From NCBI GenBank assembly GCA_023140255.1, contig JAGLLX010000001.1, positions 27,861-91,860 of the forward strand: a DNA stretch of 64,000 nucleotides, read 5' to 3'. The notes beneath the pieces are model-generated. The model saw only the letters and a program-made list of their open reading frames with translations, was not told the origin of the DNA and made no database searches. The DNA is from Minisyncoccota bacterium. Lineage in GTDB: Bacteria; Patescibacteriota; Minisyncoccia; Phycocordibacterales; UBA12079. The position numbers and the translations under genes were made by a program. The number at the start of each line of letters is the position of its first letter. Position 1 is the stretch's first letter. Below are positions 19,519 to 30,179 of the stretch, piece after piece.

Positions 19519-19621
19519 CAATAACAAAATACTAACTTAATACATAAATTAACATATATATAAAAATATGTCAAGATTTTAGCTTTCAATTTTCTATTAT
19601 ATGAGTTTTTAACTAATTATT

Positions 19622-20638
19622 ATGTCTTCTCTTAAAGAAATAAAAGAAAATTCAGAAAACGATACTAAAGAGGTATTTTTAGACCAAACTCTACGTCCTG
19701 ACACATGGGATGAATATATTGGGCAAGAAAGTATTAAAAATAATGTTTTTATTTTACTTAAAGCAGCTAAAGAAAGGAAACAACAACCTGAACATATTCT
19801 ATTTTACGGACCTCCAGGATTAGGGAAAACTACTTTAGCTTATTTAATCTCAAAAGAGACAGACCATAATATAAAAATCACATCAGGACCAGCTATAGAA
19901 AAAGTTGGTGATTTAGCTTCAATTTTAACAAACCTAAGTCCAGGAGATATACTTTTTATTGATGAAATTCATCGTTTAAATAAAAATATTGAAGAAATTC
20001 TTTACCCAGCAATGGAGTCAGGTTCTTTAGATATTATTATTGGAAAAGGTCCTTCCGCAAGAACAATTCAATTAGAACTTCCTCCTTTTACTTTAATTGC
20101 AGCCACTACAAGAATTTCAATGTTATCTGCTCCCCTACGCTCTCGTTTTTCAGGGGGAACTTTTAGGCTAGAATTTTATTCTGATGATGAAATTGCAAAA
20201 ATAATAGAACGTTCAGCTTCAATATTAGAAGTAGATATTAATAAAGAAACATCTTTAGAGATAGCAAAACGAAGCCGTTTTACACCAAGAACTGCTAATT
20301 TTCTTTTAAAGAGATGTCGCGATTTGGCTCAAGTGAATAAAAATAACTTAGATGAAAAAATAGTTAACGAAACTTTAGAAATGTTAGGAATTGATACTTT
20401 AGGACTATCTCAATTAGACAGACAAATTTTAGAAACAATTATTGAAAAATTTAAAGGAGGCCCTGTTGGACTAGGAACTATTGCTGCTTCCCTTTCAGAA
20501 GAAGCTTCCACACTGGAAGAAGTAAATGAACCTTATTTAATTCAACTAGGTTTAATTGAAAGAACTCCTCGAGGTCGTTCAGTTACTGAAAAAGCTTACC
20601 AGCATTTTAATATTGATTATCCTGAAAATAAACGATAA
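19622..20638 (+). CDS. ruvB: Holliday junction branch migration helicase RuvB
   Basis: LRP..YIGQ, GPPGLGKTTLA, FIDEIHRL, PFTLIAATTR, RTPRGR. Confidence 0.97.
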   Translation: MSSLKEIKENSENDTKEVFLDQTLRPDTWDEYIGQESIKNNVFILLKAAKERKQQPEHILFYGPPGLGKTTLAYLISKETDHNIKITSGPAIEKVGDLASILTNLSPGDILFIDEIHRLNKNIEEILYPAMESGSLDIIIGKGPSARTIQLELPPFTLIAATTRISMLSAPLRSRFSGGTFRLEFYSDDEIAKIIERSASILEVDINKETSLEIAKRSRFTPRTANFLLKRCRDLAQVNKNNLDEKIVNETLEMLGIDTLGLSQLDRQILETIIEKFKGGPVGLGTIAASLSEEASTLEEVNEPYLIQLGLIERTPRGRSVTEKAYQHFNIDYPENKR

Positions 20639-20710
20639 TTTAATTGAAAAAACACTAAAATTCAGTATACTTAATACATAATATTTAATACTTAATATAC
20701 ACATATAATC

Positions 20711-21250
20711 ATGTCTGGACATAATAAATGGTCAAAAATTAAACATAAAAAAGCAGCCACTGACGCTAAGAGATCAAAAATATTTTCAAAACATTCAAAA
20801 TTAATTACTGTTGAGTCTAAATTAGTTGATGGAGATATAAATTCCCCCGCTTTAAAATCGGCTATTGATCAAGCAAAAGCAGTAAATATGCCTGCTGATA
20901 ATATTACCCGTGCAGTAAAAAAAGGGACAAGTGCTGACGCTGTTAGTATGGAGGCTATTACTTATGAAGCTTATGGTCCTGGAGGTTGTGCTTTTATTAT
21001 TGAAGCCTTAACTGATTCTAAAAATAGAGCAGCGGCAGAAGTTCGTCATACACTTTCAAAAAACGGGGGTTATGAATTAGCAGGAATAGGTGCTGTTACA
21101 TGGGCTTTTACTAAAGAAGGTAATAAATGGACAGCCCAAAACACAGTTCCTCTTTCTGATGAGGATATGGAAAAAGCTGCCAAACTAATTGATTTATTAG
21201 AAGACAATGATGATGTGCAAGAGGTTTTTACAAACATTAGCGAAGACTAA
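20711..21250 (+). CDS. yebC: YebC/PmpR family protein (short, 179 aa)
   Basis: MSGHNKWSKIKHKK, YEAYGPGG, DNDDVQEVFTN. Confidence 0.93.
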   Translation: MSGHNKWSKIKHKKAATDAKRSKIFSKHSKLITVESKLVDGDINSPALKSAIDQAKAVNMPADNITRAVKKGTSADAVSMEAITYEAYGPGGCAFIIEALTDSKNRAAAEVRHTLSKNGGYELAGIGAVTWAFTKEGNKWTAQNTVPLSDEDMEKAAKLIDLLEDNDDVQEVFTNISED

Positions 21251-21267
21251 TGTTTGTAAAAACCTTA

Positions 21268-21373
21268 ATTTTCAATTTCTAATTTCTAATGATTTAATTT
21301 CTAATGTTTGAAACATTTATTCATTGATACATTTTGTCATTGTTTGAAAATTGAAAATTGAGAATTGAAAATT
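21268..21373. repeat. Inverted heptamer-repeat element (AATTTCT/CAATTTT ... TTGAAAA)
   Basis: AATTTTCAATTTCTAATTTCTAATG ... TTGAAAATTGAAAATTGAGAATTGAAAATT. Confidence 0.6.
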
Positions 21374-21433
21374 TATTTATCTAAAAACTCTATTCCGTTT
21401 TAATTTATCTAAAAACATCTTATACTTATATCT

Positions 21434-21916
21434 ATGCGAATTATATCAATTGATCCTGGATACGAACGAGTTGGAATAGCTATTTTAGAAAAAGAAACTT
21501 CTTCTAGTAAGGAAATTTTACTTTATTCTGATTGTTTTCAGACTGACAAAAAAGATTCTTTTGAAACTCGTTTAAAATTTATCGGGGAAGAACTTGAAAA
21601 ATTAATTAAAGAATATAAACCAAAAGCTCTCGCTATTGAATCTTTATTTTTTAATTCCAACCAAAAAACAGCTTTAAAAGTTTCAGAAGCAAAAGGAGTT
21701 ATAAAATATATGGCTTTAGCCCAAGGATTAGGAATTACAGAATTCACTCCTCTTCAAATTAAAATAGCTATTACTGGATATGGGCGAAGTGATAAAAATC
21801 AAGTAACCACGATGCTCCCCCATTTAATAAATATTGAAAAAAAGGTAAAATATGATGATGAGTATGATGCGATTGCAATAGGACTTACTTATTTTGCGTG
21901 TAATCCAAATAAATAA
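21434..21916 (+). CDS. ruvC: Crossover junction endodeoxyribonuclease RuvC
   Basis: IDPGYERVG, AIESLFF, TPLQIKIAITGYG, DDEYDAIAI. Confidence 0.95.
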   Translation: MRIISIDPGYERVGIAILEKETSSSKEILLYSDCFQTDKKDSFETRLKFIGEELEKLIKEYKPKALAIESLFFNSNQKTALKVSEAKGVIKYMALAQGLGITEFTPLQIKIAITGYGRSDKNQVTTMLPHLINIEKKVKYDDEYDAIAIGLTYFACNPNK

Positions 21917-21917
21917 T

Positions 21918-22301
21918 ATGGAGAAAATAAATTTTTATTCAAATACACTTACTTTAATAATTATAGTTATTATAGGTTTTTATCTAGCTTATTTATACGG
22001 AAGAAAAACTAAAACATTTAAATGGAATGAATATATTGCGTTAGTTATTCCCCCAACATTAATAGTTGTTTTTTATTTATACCTAGAAGGTATTAATATA
22101 ATTAAATTATATTTTATAAGTGCTATTATTGGATCAATATTAGAATATTGTTTAGGTTTAGCTTATCATAAAACCCTTAATAAAAGACTTTGGACTTATA
22201 ATAAATTAACAAAAAATGGTTACACTAGTTTATTATCAATTCCTTTTTGGGGAGCTGCGGGAATTTTATTTTGGAGACTAAGTGTTATAGTAGGATTATA
22301 A
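21918..22301 (+). CDS. Hypothetical 4-TM membrane protein
   Basis: Hydrophobic helices, ILEY..G, LWTY, SIPFWG; ATG at 21918 follows the ruvC stop. Confidence 0.65.
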   Translation: MEKINFYSNTLTLIIIVIIGFYLAYLYGRKTKTFKWNEYIALVIPPTLIVVFYLYLEGINIIKLYFISAIIGSILEYCLGLAYHKTLNKRLWTYNKLTKNGYTSLLSIPFWGAAGILFWRLSVIVGL

Positions 22302-22311
22302 AAAATTAATA

Positions 22312-24813
22312 ATGAAAAAAGATTTAACAAAAAAAATAATAGTCCTTTTATTTATTTTCTCAATGTTTTTTGGAGGAATAATTTTTTTATGGGTTTCCAC
22401 TTTTAAAATTCCTGACTTAGATACTATTTCAGAAAGAAGAATATCTGAATCAACAAAAATTTACGACCGCACAGGAGAAGTTCTTTTGTATGACTTACAT
22501 AAAGATACTAAGAGAACAATAATTCCTTACTCTGAAATTTCTTCTTTTATTAAAAACGCTACTGTCGCTATTGAAGATGCTGAATTTTATCAACATAATG
22601 GAGTAAAACCAATGGCTTTTTTACGGTCAGTTTTAGCTAACTTAAAAACAATGAGTTTTAGCCAAGGAGGTTCTACGATTACTCAACAAGTAGTTAAAAA
22701 TTCAATCTTAACCACAGAGAAAAAAATCACCCGTAAATTAAAAGAGTGGGTTTTAGCTTATAAACTAGAACAAATAATGACTAAAGACGAAATTCTCGCT
22801 TTATATTTAAACGAAGCTCCTTATGGTGGAAATATTTATGGAATTGAAGAAGCCTCATTAACTTTTTTTGGTAAAAACTCAAAAGATTTAACATTAATTG
22901 AGTCAGCTTATTTAGCAGCTATTCCTCAAGCCCCAACTTTTTATTCTCCTTATGGAAATAACAGAGACCGATTAGAAGTTAGAAAAAATTTAGTTCTTTC
23001 TCAGATGTTTAAAAATAATTTCATAAATGAAGAAGATTATTTAGAAGCTATAAAAACCGAATTAGAATTTAAGAAGCAAGAAGTAATGGGAATTCGCGCT
23101 CCTCATTTTGTAATGTATATTAAAGGATATTTAGAAAATAGATATGGAAAAAATGTAACAGAGGAAGGTTTAAAAGTTATCACAACTTTAGATTATGACC
23201 TCCAAGAAAAAGGTGAGGAAATTGCAAAAAGATATGCTTTAGAAAATACAGAAAAATTTAATGCTGAAAATGCTTCCTTAGTAGCGATTGATTCTAAAAC
23301 AGGACAAATTTTAACAATGGTTGGTTCTCGTGATTATTTTGATAAAAATATTGAAGGTAATTTTAATATTGCTTTAGCCCATCGCCAACCAGGGTCAGCC
23401 TTTAAACCTTTTGTTTATGCAACTGCTTTTAATAAAGGATACACGCCAGAAACAATAGTTTTTGACTTACAAACAGAATTTTCAACAACTTGTAACCCAG
23501 ACGGAACTCCTATAAATCCAGATGAAACTGAGGAAGATAATACTTGTTACTCCCCCACTAACTATGATGATATTTTTCGCGGACCTGTTTCTTTTAGAAA
23601 CGCCTTAGCCCAATCAATCAACATTCCTGCTATTAAAGCTCTTTATTTAGCAGGTCTATCAGATTCTTTGCAGGTAGCTAAAGATATGGGGATTGAAAAA
23701 TTAGGAGATATAAATCAATATGGTTTAACTTTAGTATTAGGAGGTGGTGAAGTTTCTTTATTAGATATCACAAATGCTTATGCAACTTTTTCTAACCAAG
23801 GAGTTAAAAACCCTACAGTAGGAATTTTAAAAATTGAAGATAAAAATGGATCTATAATTGAAGAATTTAAATCTTACCCAAGAAGAGTTTTACCTGAGCA
23901 AACAGCCTTAATGATTTCTGATGTTTTGTCTGATAATAAAGCAAGGACTCCTGCTTTTGGAGCTTATTCTCCACTTTATTTTGGAAATCAAAGCGTTGCT
24001 GCAAAAACAGGAACAACTAATGATTATCGTGATGCTTGGATAATTGGATATAGTGATAAAATAGCTTTTGGAGCTTGGGCAGGAAATAATGATAATACAT
24101 CAATGGAGAAAAAAGTAGCTGGTTTTGTGGTCGCTCCTATGTGGCACGATTTTGTAGTGGAAGTATTAAAAAAATACCCAGCAGAAAATTTTGAACAAGC
24201 TAAAAAATTACCTTTAGATGAAATTAAACCTGTTTTAAGAGGTATTTGGTTAGGAGGAGAAACTTATGTTATAGATAAAATATCAGGTAAATTAGTTAGT
24301 GAATATACTCCTGAAGAATTATATGAAGAAAAGGTTGTGCAAAATATTCATTCTATTTTATATTGGGTAGATAAAAATAACCCTCTAGGTCCAAAACCGA
24401 CAGCTCCTGAAAATGATATGCAATTTGAGAGATGGGAATATAGAGTAGCTGAATGGGCCTTAGATAATAATTTTAGCACTTCTACCGTTACTCAAATACC
24501 GACAAGTTATGACGATATTCACAAACCTGAATACCTGCCTAGATTTGATATTATTACTCCAAATACAATGATAACTTATGATAAAAATAACCAAATTAAT
24601 GTAATTATTTCTAAAACATACTCCAAATACCCTATTCTTAAAAAAGAATTTTATATTAATGGAATTTTTATTGGATCTACACAAGCAAATAAAAATTTCT
24701 CATTTATTCCAAATAATATTATTAATATAAAATCAGTAAATACATTAAAGATAGTTTTAATTGACTCTGTTTATAACAAATCAATTAAAACTATTGAATT
24801 TAAAGTACAATAA
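22312..24813 (+). CDS. Class A penicillin-binding protein (PBP1A family)
   Basis: AIEDAEFYQH, GGSTITQQVVKN, RKLKE, RQPGSAFKPF, SIN, AKTGTT. Confidence 0.95.
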   Translation: MKKDLTKKIIVLLFIFSMFFGGIIFLWVSTFKIPDLDTISERRISESTKIYDRTGEVLLYDLHKDTKRTIIPYSEISSFIKNATVAIEDAEFYQHNGVKPMAFLRSVLANLKTMSFSQGGSTITQQVVKNSILTTEKKITRKLKEWVLAYKLEQIMTKDEILALYLNEAPYGGNIYGIEEASLTFFGKNSKDLTLIESAYLAAIPQAPTFYSPYGNNRDRLEVRKNLVLSQMFKNNFINEEDYLEAIKTELEFKKQEVMGIRAPHFVMYIKGYLENRYGKNVTEEGLKVITTLDYDLQEKGEEIAKRYALENTEKFNAENASLVAIDSKTGQILTMVGSRDYFDKNIEGNFNIALAHRQPGSAFKPFVYATAFNKGYTPETIVFDLQTEFSTTCNPDGTPINPDETEEDNTCYSPTNYDDIFRGPVSFRNALAQSINIPAIKALYLAGLSDSLQVAKDMGIEKLGDINQYGLTLVLGGGEVSLLDITNAYATFSNQGVKNPTVGILKIEDKNGSIIEEFKSYPRRVLPEQTALMISDVLSDNKARTPAFGAYSPLYFGNQSVAAKTGTTNDYRDAWIIGYSDKIAFGAWAGNNDNTSMEKKVAGFVVAPMWHDFVVEVLKKYPAENFEQAKKLPLDEIKPVLRGIWLGGETYVIDKISGKLVSEYTPEELYEEKVVQNIHSILYWVDKNNPLGPKPTAPENDMQFERWEYRVAEWALDNNFSTSTVTQIPTSYDDIHKPEYLPRFDIITPNTMITYDKNNQINVIISKTYSKYPILKKEFYINGIFIGSTQANKNFSFIPNNIINIKSVNTLKIVLIDSVYNKSIKTIEFKVQ

Positions 24814-24830
24814 TAATTTAAATTAATATT

Positions 24831-24867
24831 AAATAAAAGGTCGGAGCAAAGCTCCGACCTTTTATTT
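24831..24867. terminator. Bidirectional terminator
   Basis: AAATAAAAGGTCGGAGC-AAA-GCTCCGACCTTTTATTT between convergent genes. Confidence 0.75.
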
Positions 24868-24912
24868 ATCCTTATTTTAAGCCCTGCTAAATGGCTCACT
24901 TTTTTGAGCCAT

Positions 24913-25194
24913 TTAATTTATCTTTTGATAATATACTGAACGTCCAATTTCTCCCTTTTGCTCAATTAATTTTTTATCTTCTAATTTTTGAAGATATCTA
25001 GTAGCTGTAGAATCTGAAACATCTAATAATTCCTCTACATCGTTATTAGCTACTCTACTTTTTTCGTTTATTAGGTCTAAAATCTTTTCTTCTTTTGTGC
25101 CTAGATTATTATCTTTAGAAAACTTACCTTTATTTAAATAAACAAAGACTCCATAACCGATTATTATCCCTAATATTATATAAATTAATATCAT
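24913..25194 (-). CDS. TM-anchored winged-HTH protein (DeoR-like HTH)
   Basis: N-terminal TM, then NNDVEELLDVSDSTATRYLQKLE..IEQKGEIGRSVYY. Confidence 0.75.
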   Translation of the reverse strand: MILIYIILGIIIGYGVFVYLNKGKFSKDNNLGTKEEKILDLINEKSRVANNDVEELLDVSDSTATRYLQKLEDKKLIEQKGEIGRSVYYQKIN

Positions 25195-25196
25195 TA

Positions 25197-26294
25197 TTAT
25201 TTATTCATTGGCATCACTAGATATAAAAATTGATTATCTGATACTCCTCTAATGATCATAGGTTTACCTATATTATTAAACTGAAGAACTATAGAATCAG
25301 TATGAATAGATTGGAAACAATCTGTTATATATTTATAATTAAAATTAATGTTTAAATCATCTCCTGACAAAGAAGCTGATAAATTATTTACATTTTCCCC
25401 TACTTCGTCACTCTTTGATTTTATTTCAAACTTCTTATTATTAGGTTCAATATTAAAATTAACTTGATTAAACTTATCTGAAAAAATATTTATTATTTTA
25501 AAAACTCTTATAAAATCTTCCATTAAAACTACAACTTCAGTAGTAAATTCTTTAGGAATTAATTGTTTATAATCAGGAAAAGAACCTTCAATAACTCTAG
25601 AAGTTAAATAAATATTATCATAATTAAAAGAAATCTGATTTTTACTTATTTCAATATCAATATCTCCTTCAACATCTTCAAATATTTTAATTATTTCGGG
25701 AACATTTTTAAAAGGTATTAAAATATTATTAATTTTCTCTTTTGAGATTATAGGAATTTTAGTTTCAGCTAATCTAAATGAATCTGTGGCCACAAAATAA
25801 ACAAAATCTTCCTCAATATTTATACAAACACTTGATAACTCTGGTTTTATACTAGAAATAGAAGAACTATACCAAACTGATTTAAGACCTTTGATTAATT
25901 TTTTAGAATCTAAAGATATTTTGTTATCCCCTTTTATTTTAGGTATGGAAGGAAAATCTTCACTTGTCTGAGTTTTAATAGTAGAAGTATTACTATCAGT
26001 AATAATATATAGGTTATTATTTTTAATTTCTAAATTAATTTTTTCATCAGAAATATTAGATAATAAATTTTTAAATATAGCTCCAGGAACAGCTATAATA
26101 CCTTCTTCTGCAATTTCAGTATTAATTGATATTTCTATTCCTAAATCTAAATTAGTAGCTTTAAAAATTAATTTATTTTCTTTAGCTTCTAGTAAAAGAA
26201 AATTTAAAATTTCTAAATTTAAATTTTTACCAACAATTTTCTCTGTCTTAGAAACTGCGTTTATTATTTTTTTTGTAATACATTTTAATTTCAT
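25197..26294 (-). CDS. dnaN: DNA polymerase III beta clamp
   Basis: ATNLDLGI, VATDSFRLAE, SRVIEGSFPDYKQLIP, YLVMPM; downstream of dnaA. Confidence 0.97.
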   Translation of the reverse strand: MKLKCITKKIINAVSKTEKIVGKNLNLEILNFLLLEAKENKLIFKATNLDLGIEISINTEIAEEGIIAVPGAIFKNLLSNISDEKINLEIKNNNLYIITDSNTSTIKTQTSEDFPSIPKIKGDNKISLDSKKLIKGLKSVWYSSSISSIKPELSSVCINIEEDFVYFVATDSFRLAETKIPIISKEKINNILIPFKNVPEIIKIFEDVEGDIDIEISKNQISFNYDNIYLTSRVIEGSFPDYKQLIPKEFTTEVVVLMEDFIRVFKIINIFSDKFNQVNFNIEPNNKKFEIKSKSDEVGENVNNLSASLSGDDLNINFNYKYITDCFQSIHTDSIVLQFNNIGKPMIIRGVSDNQFLYLVMPMNK

Positions 26295-26518
26295 AATATG
26301 TTTATATTATATATATATTATATTTATTATATATATAGACTGTGAATAACTGGATAAGTCTATTTTTCTTTTATTTTATATACTCATTTAATGATTTATT
26401 TAGTTGATAAGTATATGAACTACTTTTAATTAAAGGTGGATAATTTAAAAAATGATAACTTTTAAATACTTTTTACTTTAATTAAGAACACTTTATCAGT
26501 AAGTTATAAACAGGTTTA
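26295..26518. promoter_or_regulatory. oriC: oriC (dnaA-dnaN intergenic): AT-rich DUE plus DnaA boxes
   Basis: TA-rich tract 26302-26338 next to TGTGAATAA (26341-26349), plus TGGATAA and GTGGATAA boxes; qualitative C-to-G skew switch around dnaA. Confidence 0.75.
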
Positions 26519-27868
26519 TTAACTAAACATTGAACGAATTTGTTCTAACTCTTGTGATAATAAATTATTATTTTTTAAATTATTTCTAATTTTATCACAG
26601 GAATGTATAACAGTTGTGTGATCACGTCCTCCTAATTTCTCCCCTATTGATGGATAAGATACATTAAAATCTTCTCTTAATATATACATTATTAATTGTC
26701 TTGGTCTAACTATTTCTTTTTTACGAGTTTTCTTACATATCATATCTTCCTCTACATTATAGAAATTTGCTACAGTTTTAATAATTTCTTTTATAGAAAC
26801 ATTTTTATTAGAATTTATGTTAATTTTAATTAAATTACGAACTTCTTGTAAAGATAATTCTTTCTTCTTTAGTTGTGATTGGCACATAATTGAGTTAAAA
26901 ATACCTTCTAACTCACGAATATTACCTTTAACTTCTAAAGCAACATGATTAATTACTATATCTTCTAAGTGGAAATTATTTAGTTTAGTTTTAGATTTTA
27001 TAATAGCTATTCTTGATTCCGTATCAGGAACTTGAATATCAACAGTCATTCCAGCACTAAATCTAGATTTTAATCTATCAGCTATATCAGCTATATGATT
27101 AGGATGTCTATCTGATGAAAATATAATTTGTTTATTGTTATCATATAGATAATTAAAAAGATGGAATAATTCTTCTTGAGTTCTTTCTTTATGAGTTAAA
27201 AATTGAATATCATCCATAATTAAAATATCATATTTACGATACTTTTCTTTAAATAAATTGATTTTATTTTGTTGAATAGACTGGATACAATCCATTGAAA
27301 ATTTTTCAGATGTTGTGTAAAAAACTTTTTTGTTTAATTTTTTGAATTCATTCCCTAATGCTTGTATTAAATGTGTTTTACCATAACCAGTTTTTCCATA
27401 TACAAAAAGAGGGTTGTACACAACTCCTTGTTTCTTTAAAACAGTTTGAGAAGCTACATAAGCTAACTCATTAAAAGTTCCCACTATAAAATTATTAAAA
27501 GTATAACGAGGGTTTAAGTTATCTTTTTTATTAATAGATATAGTTTCTAAAGGTAGTTTGTTATTAATACTTATATATTGTTTAGTTAAATCCTTATTGT
27601 CTTTTGTTTGAGCGTTATTTATAATATATTCAACTGCTCGTATGTTGTTTTCTATATTTCTTAGTATTTTTAAAATATATTTATTATATTTTTCATATAA
27701 CCAGTTTTTAACAAATTCATTAGGAACTCCTATAAAAATAATTCCACCTTCATACTTAATTATAGTAGTATCTTTAAACCATGTATTAAAGTTTGCTTTA
27801 GAAAGTTCTAACTCTAAACTATTTAATACTTCTTCCCATATTTTTTTATTTTCTGCAGAAGGTTCCAT
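26519..27868 (-). CDS. dnaA: Chromosomal replication initiator DnaA
   Basis: LNPRYTFNNFIVG, YNPLFVYGKTGYGKTHL, DDIQFL, NIRELEG, GGRDHTTVIHS. Confidence 0.98.
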   Translation of the reverse strand: MEPSAENKKIWEEVLNSLELELSKANFNTWFKDTTIIKYEGGIIFIGVPNEFVKNWLYEKYNKYILKILRNIENNIRAVEYIINNAQTKDNKDLTKQYISINNKLPLETISINKKDNLNPRYTFNNFIVGTFNELAYVASQTVLKKQGVVYNPLFVYGKTGYGKTHLIQALGNEFKKLNKKVFYTTSEKFSMDCIQSIQQNKINLFKEKYRKYDILIMDDIQFLTHKERTQEELFHLFNYLYDNNKQIIFSSDRHPNHIADIADRLKSRFSAGMTVDIQVPDTESRIAIIKSKTKLNNFHLEDIVINHVALEVKGNIRELEGIFNSIMCQSQLKKKELSLQEVRNLIKININSNKNVSIKEIIKTVANFYNVEEDMICKKTRKKEIVRPRQLIMYILREDFNVSYPSIGEKLGGRDHTTVIHSCDKIRNNLKNNNLLSQELEQIRSMFS

Positions 27869-27924
27869 ACTTTTATTTTAAAATAAATTATATTATTAAT
27901 TTCAGTATTATAGAACTAGTAAAA

Positions 27925-27957
27925 AGTGGATTAACATGTTCTTAAGTTGTGGATAAC
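27925..27957. promoter_or_regulatory. DnaA boxes upstream of dnaA
   Basis: Perfect TGTGGATAA at 27948-27956 and degenerate AGTGGATTA. Confidence 0.7.
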
Positions 27958-28057
27958 TTTTATAAGAACAAAAAACTATTAAGATTTATAAAGTTAAAAA
28001 TAAAAAAATAACAAGCTTTTACTTGTTATTTCTTATGTATTTGAATTAAATTAAAAA

Positions 28058-28192
28058 CTAAACAGAAATTTTAGATCTTCCCTTTCTTCTTCTATTTTTA
28101 AGTATTTTTCTACCAGCTTTAGAAGCGCTTCTTACTAAAAAGCCGTGAGTTTTATTTCTTTTTCTGTTTTTTGGTTGGTATGTTTGTGACAT
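28058..28192 (-). CDS. rpmH: 50S ribosomal protein L34 (missed by ORF track)
   Basis: Translates to [44 protein letters not shown]. Confidence 0.96.
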   Translation of the reverse strand: MSQTYQPKNRKRNKTHGFLVRSASKAGRKILKNRRRKGRSKISV

Positions 28193-28280
28193 AGTGGTGG
28201 AAAGTATAATGTAAAATAGTAAAAAAAACAAGGGTTTTATTTACTTTTAACTTTTAACTTTTTACTTTATACTTAATTTA

Positions 28281-28610
28281 ATGTTATCTAAAGAAAAAAG
28301 AATAAATACTATTTTATTTGATGAAATATTAAAATTAGGAAATAAAAGATATTTTAAATATTTCTATATTTTGGTTTTAGAAAATGATAAACAAAAAAAT
28401 AGTCATATAGCTTTTGTTGTGCCAAAAAAACAATTTAAAAAAGCAATAGATAGAAATAATATAAAAAGAAAATGTTCAGGGATAATAAAGGATATTTATT
28501 TAAATATTCCCTCTTCTTTAAATATTATCTTTTTTTTAAAAAAAGAAATAGAAGAATTAAATTTTCAAGAGTTACAAAGTGAAATAACAAATAGTTTAAA
28601 TGATTTTTAA
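28281..28610 (+). CDS. rnpA: Ribonuclease P protein component
   Basis: MLSKEKRI, AFVVPKKQFKKAIDRNNIKR (RNR-like motif); position before yidC. Confidence 0.88.
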   Translation: MLSKEKRINTILFDEILKLGNKRYFKYFYILVLENDKQKNSHIAFVVPKKQFKKAIDRNNIKRKCSGIIKDIYLNIPSSLNIIFFLKKEIEELNFQELQSEITNSLNDF

Positions 28611-28786
28611 TTTTTTTTACTCTCTCACTATTATTAATTTTGTTTAAATAACCTGAAAACAATATTTTTAATAAATTTATATAATATTACTTTATCATTT
28701 TCTATATTAATAATAGTGAGGGGCTGCAAGATTTTTGTATTAAAAATCTTTTGCTTTTTAGGTGTGAATGAGATATTATAATCTCT

Positions 28787-29521
28787 ATGATATCTAATTT
28801 ATTTAATACATTATTTTTTAATCCTATTTACAATGGATTAATTTTTTTAATGTCCAGTTTTTCTTGGTTAGACATGGGAATGGCTGTGATATTAGTAACT
28901 ATTTTAGTTAAATTATTAATATTTCCTTTAACTAAGAAGTCTATACAATTACAAATTGCTCAAAAAAAGATAGAACCAGAAATTAAAAAAATTAAAGAAG
29001 AATTTAAAAATAAAAAAGAAGAGCAAGCAATGAAAATAATGGAATTATATAAGGAAAACAACCTTAATCCTCTTTCAGGTATTTTAATTATGTTTATTCA
29101 AATTCCTATTATTTTTGCTTTATATTTTGTATTTCTGAAAGGAGGTTTACCTGAAATTAACACTGATATTCTTTATTCTTTTATAAAAATTCCAAGTGAT
29201 GTACACACAATTTTTCTTGGGATTATAGATATAACAGAAAAAAGTTTATTTTTAGCTATTTTAGCTGGTATCTCTCAATATATTCAAATTCAATTAATAT
29301 TACCTAATATTAGCTTAAAATCTAATAATAAAGAAAGAGATTTTAAAGAGGATTTAATGAAAAGTATGAGTTTACAGATGAAGTACGTAATGCCTGTAAT
29401 AATTGTATTAATTGCTTATAATTTACCCTCAGCTATTGCATTATACTGGATAACAAGTAATATATTTATGATAAGTCAGGAAATTTTTGTTAAAAGAAAG
29501 ATGGAAGCAGTAGAAAATTAA
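28787..29521 (+). CDS. yidC: Membrane protein insertase YidC (short form)
   Basis: VILVTILVKLLIFPL, MELYKENNLNPLSG, IQIPI, PSAIALYWITSN. Confidence 0.95.
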   Translation: MISNLFNTLFFNPIYNGLIFLMSSFSWLDMGMAVILVTILVKLLIFPLTKKSIQLQIAQKKIEPEIKKIKEEFKNKKEEQAMKIMELYKENNLNPLSGILIMFIQIPIIFALYFVFLKGGLPEINTDILYSFIKIPSDVHTIFLGIIDITEKSLFLAILAGISQYIQIQLILPNISLKSNNKERDFKEDLMKSMSLQMKYVMPVIIVLIAYNLPSAIALYWITSNIFMISQEIFVKRKMEAVEN

Positions 29522-29609
29522 AAATTTTCAGATTTAGGATTTAGGAATTAAGAAATAAAAAATCGCAAAGCGATTTTTATCCTAAATATTAAATCCTAAA
29601 TCTTGAATC
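29521..29609. repeat. ~88-bp GATTTAG/CTAAATC heptamer palindromic element, copy 1
   Basis: Homologous in inverted orientation to 36166-36254. Confidence 0.7.
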
Positions 29610-29639
29610 TATCTATCGATAGGTAGATAATTAAATAAT

Positions 29640-30110
29640 ATGGAAAAGCAGATAGATATAATAAAAGAGAATATTGAATTGGTTCTAAATAAATTATGTA
29701 TAGATTTTGATGAAATTCAGTTTGTTGAAAAAAATGATTTTAATAAAGGTTTTAAATTTATTATTAAAACAAATGATTCAGGTATCTTAATTGGAAATGA
29801 AGGAGCTAATATTTATGCTTTTAATCATGTTGTTAAAAAGATAATTTGGAAAAAAACTTCAGAATTTAATGAAAAGATTAATTTTTTTATAGATGTAAAT
29901 GATTATCAAAGTAATAATATTGATAAAATTAAGAAAGAAGCATTAAATGTTGCTACAAAAACAGATTTATTTAAAAGAGATATAGAAATGCCAGCAGCTA
30001 ATTCTTATGAAAGAATGATTATCCATGCGACTCTAGTTGATAATGATAAGGTTTATACAGAATCTATTGGTGAAGGAGAATTCAGAAGAGTGGTAGTTAA
30101 ACCGAGATAA
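29640..30110 (+). CDS. jag: Jag/EloR-like KH + R3H RNA-binding protein
   Basis: GILIGNEG, IDVNDYQ, SYERMIIHATL, TESIGEGEFRRVVV; follows yidC. Confidence 0.88.
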   Translation: MEKQIDIIKENIELVLNKLCIDFDEIQFVEKNDFNKGFKFIIKTNDSGILIGNEGANIYAFNHVVKKIIWKKTSEFNEKINFFIDVNDYQSNNIDKIKKEALNVATKTDLFKRDIEMPAANSYERMIIHATLVDNDKVYTESIGEGEFRRVVVKPR

Positions 30111-30179
30111 GACTTAAAATTCAAGATTTAGGATTTAAAAAATAGGCTTTGGCCTATTTTTAAAAATTAAGAATTTAAT

